This document shows positions 33,801 through 36,882 of a stretch of DNA of 36,882 nt, piece by piece. The position numbers were made by a program, and so were the translations under genes. The notes beneath the pieces were generated by a model, which saw only the letters and a list, made by a program, of their open reading frames with translations, was not told the DNA's origin and ran no database searches. The stretch is from Atractiella rhizophila. Taxonomy: Eukaryota. Positions within the stretch are counted from its first letter, which is position 1, and every line of letters starts with the position of its first letter. The DNA lies in NCBI GenBank assembly GCA_021432655.1, contig MU271635.1:1-36882 (forward strand), read 5' to 3'.

Positions 33801-36579
33801 GACGCAGGACCGCACCGCAGATTGATTTCAAGCGGTCTAGTAAAAATTCGTTTGCGACCGAAAGCATTTCGGTCATGAAATCAATAAACTGATTCGTTTT
33901 CTCTCTCTCTGCGCCGGATTATGAATATATGACATGACAATGAATGGGCACCGACCTATATCATCGAAGATCTGCTCCCCTTCTCCAACATAGATGTGAC
34001 GCAATATCAAGTTCGCTAGTTCCATCGAAACGTGACCGACGTCGATCAAAATTTTGTCCTTCCGTCCTTCTCTTCTAGCTTTTGTCCAAACCCCGTCCCC
34101 CAGCAGAAGTGCGAAGAAGCCACAGCGGGCTTTCATAACCTCTTCATGAACATCGATGTCACCATCTTTAAGCTTGAGCACACAGTCGGCTGGAGCAATA
34201 GTCCGGTCTCGGAACAAGCAATTAAAGTTCGAGGAAATTGTTCTTTGGATTGTTCGCAGATATGGAGCAGATGCAGCGAGCTCGAGTTGCGGAAGTTGCA
34301 GAAGCTTTGATATTTTCTGAAGCTCCAGACGGATGATGTTATAGTCGACAACGGTGGCTGAATTGCGAGCCTGAAGTTGTTTGAGGATCCCGTAATCCCA
34401 AATTGCGGCGACTTGGTCTGTGTAAAGATAGTAGATGAGAAGGAGGATGGAAAGACTTGAAGCATCGGAGAGTATTAGCCGCATTCGATGGTCCAGTGCG
34501 ATGTCCAATGCGATGCCCGCAACGGACTTTTTGCTTTGGATCGCATCCCGAAGGACCGAGCACCTAGCCATGACCACCGTGCTAGCAATCCTCCATCCTT
34601 TCAGATCACGCCCCATCAGCACCAAATCGTAATTTCCCATTTCCCCTTCCCACTCTTCAGCCATGAGAACCAACTGTTTCCCGACATGATAAGACCGCTT
34701 CAAGTCCTCAGCGTAATGGCCCGTGTCCTCCTCACCATTATCATCATCAACTTCAAAGCTCGGCATCCCCTTCTCCTACTCCTCGCTCTTGCTCCTTTTT
34801 CGCCTTCACCCACTCCAGCCCCTCCCACAACTCCTCTCCCCAATCAGCATTCTCGACCTCAATCCCATCTAGCCTTCCAAGTCTCCGAATCGCTGACCAG
34901 GCACCGGTACTATTTCCTCCAACTTGAACAATCCTCTGCAAGCCATGCACTCGATTCCATTTCCACCCATTCCCTCGATCCTTCATCATAAATACCTGCC
35001 CAGAGGCGGTGCACATGAGGAGTTGACCATCAAGTCCAACAGCGACGTCATAGGCGGCGGAGAAGCGAGAGCGGAGAGCCCACACGCGCTTTGGCAAGAC
35101 ACTCGAAGGTGGGAGAGGGACTGCTCCTTGAACAGGCGGTTCTAAGGAAAAGCGAAAAACTTCTCCGTCGGTAGAGAGACACGCAAAAGTTGTCCCACAA
35201 CTAGAAATCTTCCTCATTTTAGGCACGCTCGTCCGCTGAGGAGGAAAGTAGTGCTGAGCTGTCGAGCTTGTAACACGGTGAGGGAAATTGACGCGAACTT
35301 GCTGACCAGCGTGAAAGACGTAGATGACACCGCTGTCAAGCAGTACAGCAGTGGCATACTCGGTCACCTTGACATCCTGGATAGTCTCTGTGACGCCAGC
35401 CAGCTTCCGTGGGAGAATTTGAGGTCCTGTTGTACCGTATCCGAGCTGGCCTTTATTCGATCCCCAGCTCCAACACTCATCCTTCGTCCACGCAACTGTA
35501 TGAGCATTCCCGGCGGCGACCCCAACGACCTCTTCTTTTCTTAATACCCCAACTACCTTCCGCGGTTCCACTTGAATATCTCCTTCACCTTCAAGCTTAT
35601 ACCCAAGCTGCGATTGCTTGTTGCTCCCAAATGTGTAAACTGCGCCAGTTGAAGTGAGGAGAACGGTGTGATCCACTGCCACTGAAACAGCTACCACTCG
35701 ATGTGCAAAGGAGAGTGGAGAGAAATGAAGGACAGGTTGTGTGAAGGTGGATAAGCGACCTTGAGAGGGAGTCGTGTAGCCACAGATGTAGGTATTGAAG
35801 CTCTGTTGATTAGTGATCAAGACTAGACATTTCGTCAACTCAGTTCGTAAATGAGGGACCAACAAACCTGTATGCATCCGCGCCATTGCCACCTGCACAA
35901 TTGAAACAGATTGAAACTTCTTCCTTCCACTTCTCTTCCCTTCCTCTCTTCCAGGCATCAGTGTCACCGCTTCCGGCACAACGCGGTCCTTGTCTCCTCC
36001 CAGGCCAAGAACATAATTCCTGTTCGCCCCCCACATGAACAAATCCCTCCTCCCCTCCTCCTTCTCATCCTCTGCATCGTCCACTGGTATCGTCCCTCGG
36101 ATAGTGTGGTTCCACAAGTCGTAAGCAGTCAACCCTTCCCGATCCTTCACACCAGCGTCTGCACCCCAATAGTCCAACAACTTGACGATTCTCAAATTGC
36201 CGCTGTAAAGAGCGCGGTGCAAAGCAGTCCAGCCGCTCTCAAGATCTTGAGCATCAAGTAGAAGCCTGAGCTCAGACCGTTTGACTAACTGCTCGTCGCC
36301 CAACAAATGCAGGAACTCCAGTGCCAACTCTTCGTCACTCCACACTGCGAGGACATGGAGGACGGTGCGACCAACTGCGTCCCGAGCTCCCAGAGGCGAA
36401 ACGCTCGTCTTCGCCGCCGACGCTATAGGTGGAGATCTAGGAAGTGAGCTAGCTAGGGAGGATGTCGATTTCTTTGAAGCCACGGAATGCGAAATGGTTC
36501 GTAGATGCTTCTTGAAGGCTTGGAGATCGGGTTGGATGAGGACATGGTGAATAGAATAGACGGGTTTAGGCTTGTTCAT
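30827..36579 (-). CDS. ankyrin-RCC1-BTB/POZ protein (IBTK / fission-yeast Btb1-like); 3' part appears twice around a gap
   Basis: GRTVLH, DLESGWTALHRALYSGN, DREGLTAYDL, MWGANRNYVLG, VYTFGSNKQSQLG, WSWGSNKGQLGY, two BTB regions (YYLYTD; LRHIY..ANEFLLDRLKSIC), C-terminal SLKDIQ.EE..FEKWFEEESKR; frameshift near 34760. Confidence 0.9.
31260..34270. repeat. ~1.49-kb direct duplication (31260-32752 and 32777-34270) flanking a 24-N gap
   Basis: Near-identical copies with scattered SNPs and 1-2 nt indels; copy boundaries coincide with the gap 32753-32776. Confidence 0.95.
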
Positions 36580-36882
36580 ATACTAGGTGAGGACTAGAGA
36601 GTTCTCCTTCTTCCTGACTGAAGAGAAGAGAGAACGTATCAAGTCCCGGATGTGCTCGAACTGAGATAGTCAAGCGTGTGAGGATTTAGTTCGAACGTAA
36701 AGATTCCGACTCTTTACTAGCCTAAGCACTGACCCTAAGCTTTCGTAAAGAACACACACAAACGTGCTCACCAATTTGTACTGCTCTGGCTCAGGTTCAG
36801 AACGTGCTGTGGTACGTAAGCTGAATGTGGCGCTTTTTGTGAGAAAGCTCTTTGCTGTCCAAACTAGACTTCGGTATAGAGA

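Overview
Intron-rich fungal (basidiomycete-type) genomic DNA in two halves. 1-12.7 kb is a nested, decaying transposon cluster: a Ty1/copia LTR retrotransposon (- strand; 5' LTR, PBS, gag, protease, integrase), a Ty3/gypsy chromovirus integrase remnant, three solo LTRs with exact 5-bp target-site duplications, and a 3.6-kb TA-flanked TIR DNA transposon of the IS630/Tc1/mariner type with a 7-intron transposase and an unusually long (~DD127E) catalytic spacing. 13.1-36.6 kb is gene-dense: threonyl-tRNA synthetase, Dus1, a tail-to-tail pair of APH-like kinase-fold genes (one with catalytic motifs, one pseudokinase) whose 5' halves form a ~0.5-kb ~97% inverted repeat, a coiled-coil gene, RPS0, mitofusin FZO1, an Mga2/Spt23-like factor and an ankyrin-RCC1-BTB protein. 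Best biological candidate: the inverted-repeat kinase/pseudokinase cassette, which has the architecture of an invertible C-lobe switch (unproven). Firmest hidden structure: 23172-25265 is reversed but not complemented. Its complement read left to right encodes the missing half of Fzo1, and read backwards it holds the last RPS0 exon, so it is a data artefact invisible to six-frame translation. A gap-flanking 1.5-kb duplication and indels in conserved genes also indicate a low-quality assembly, so single frameshifts need caution.
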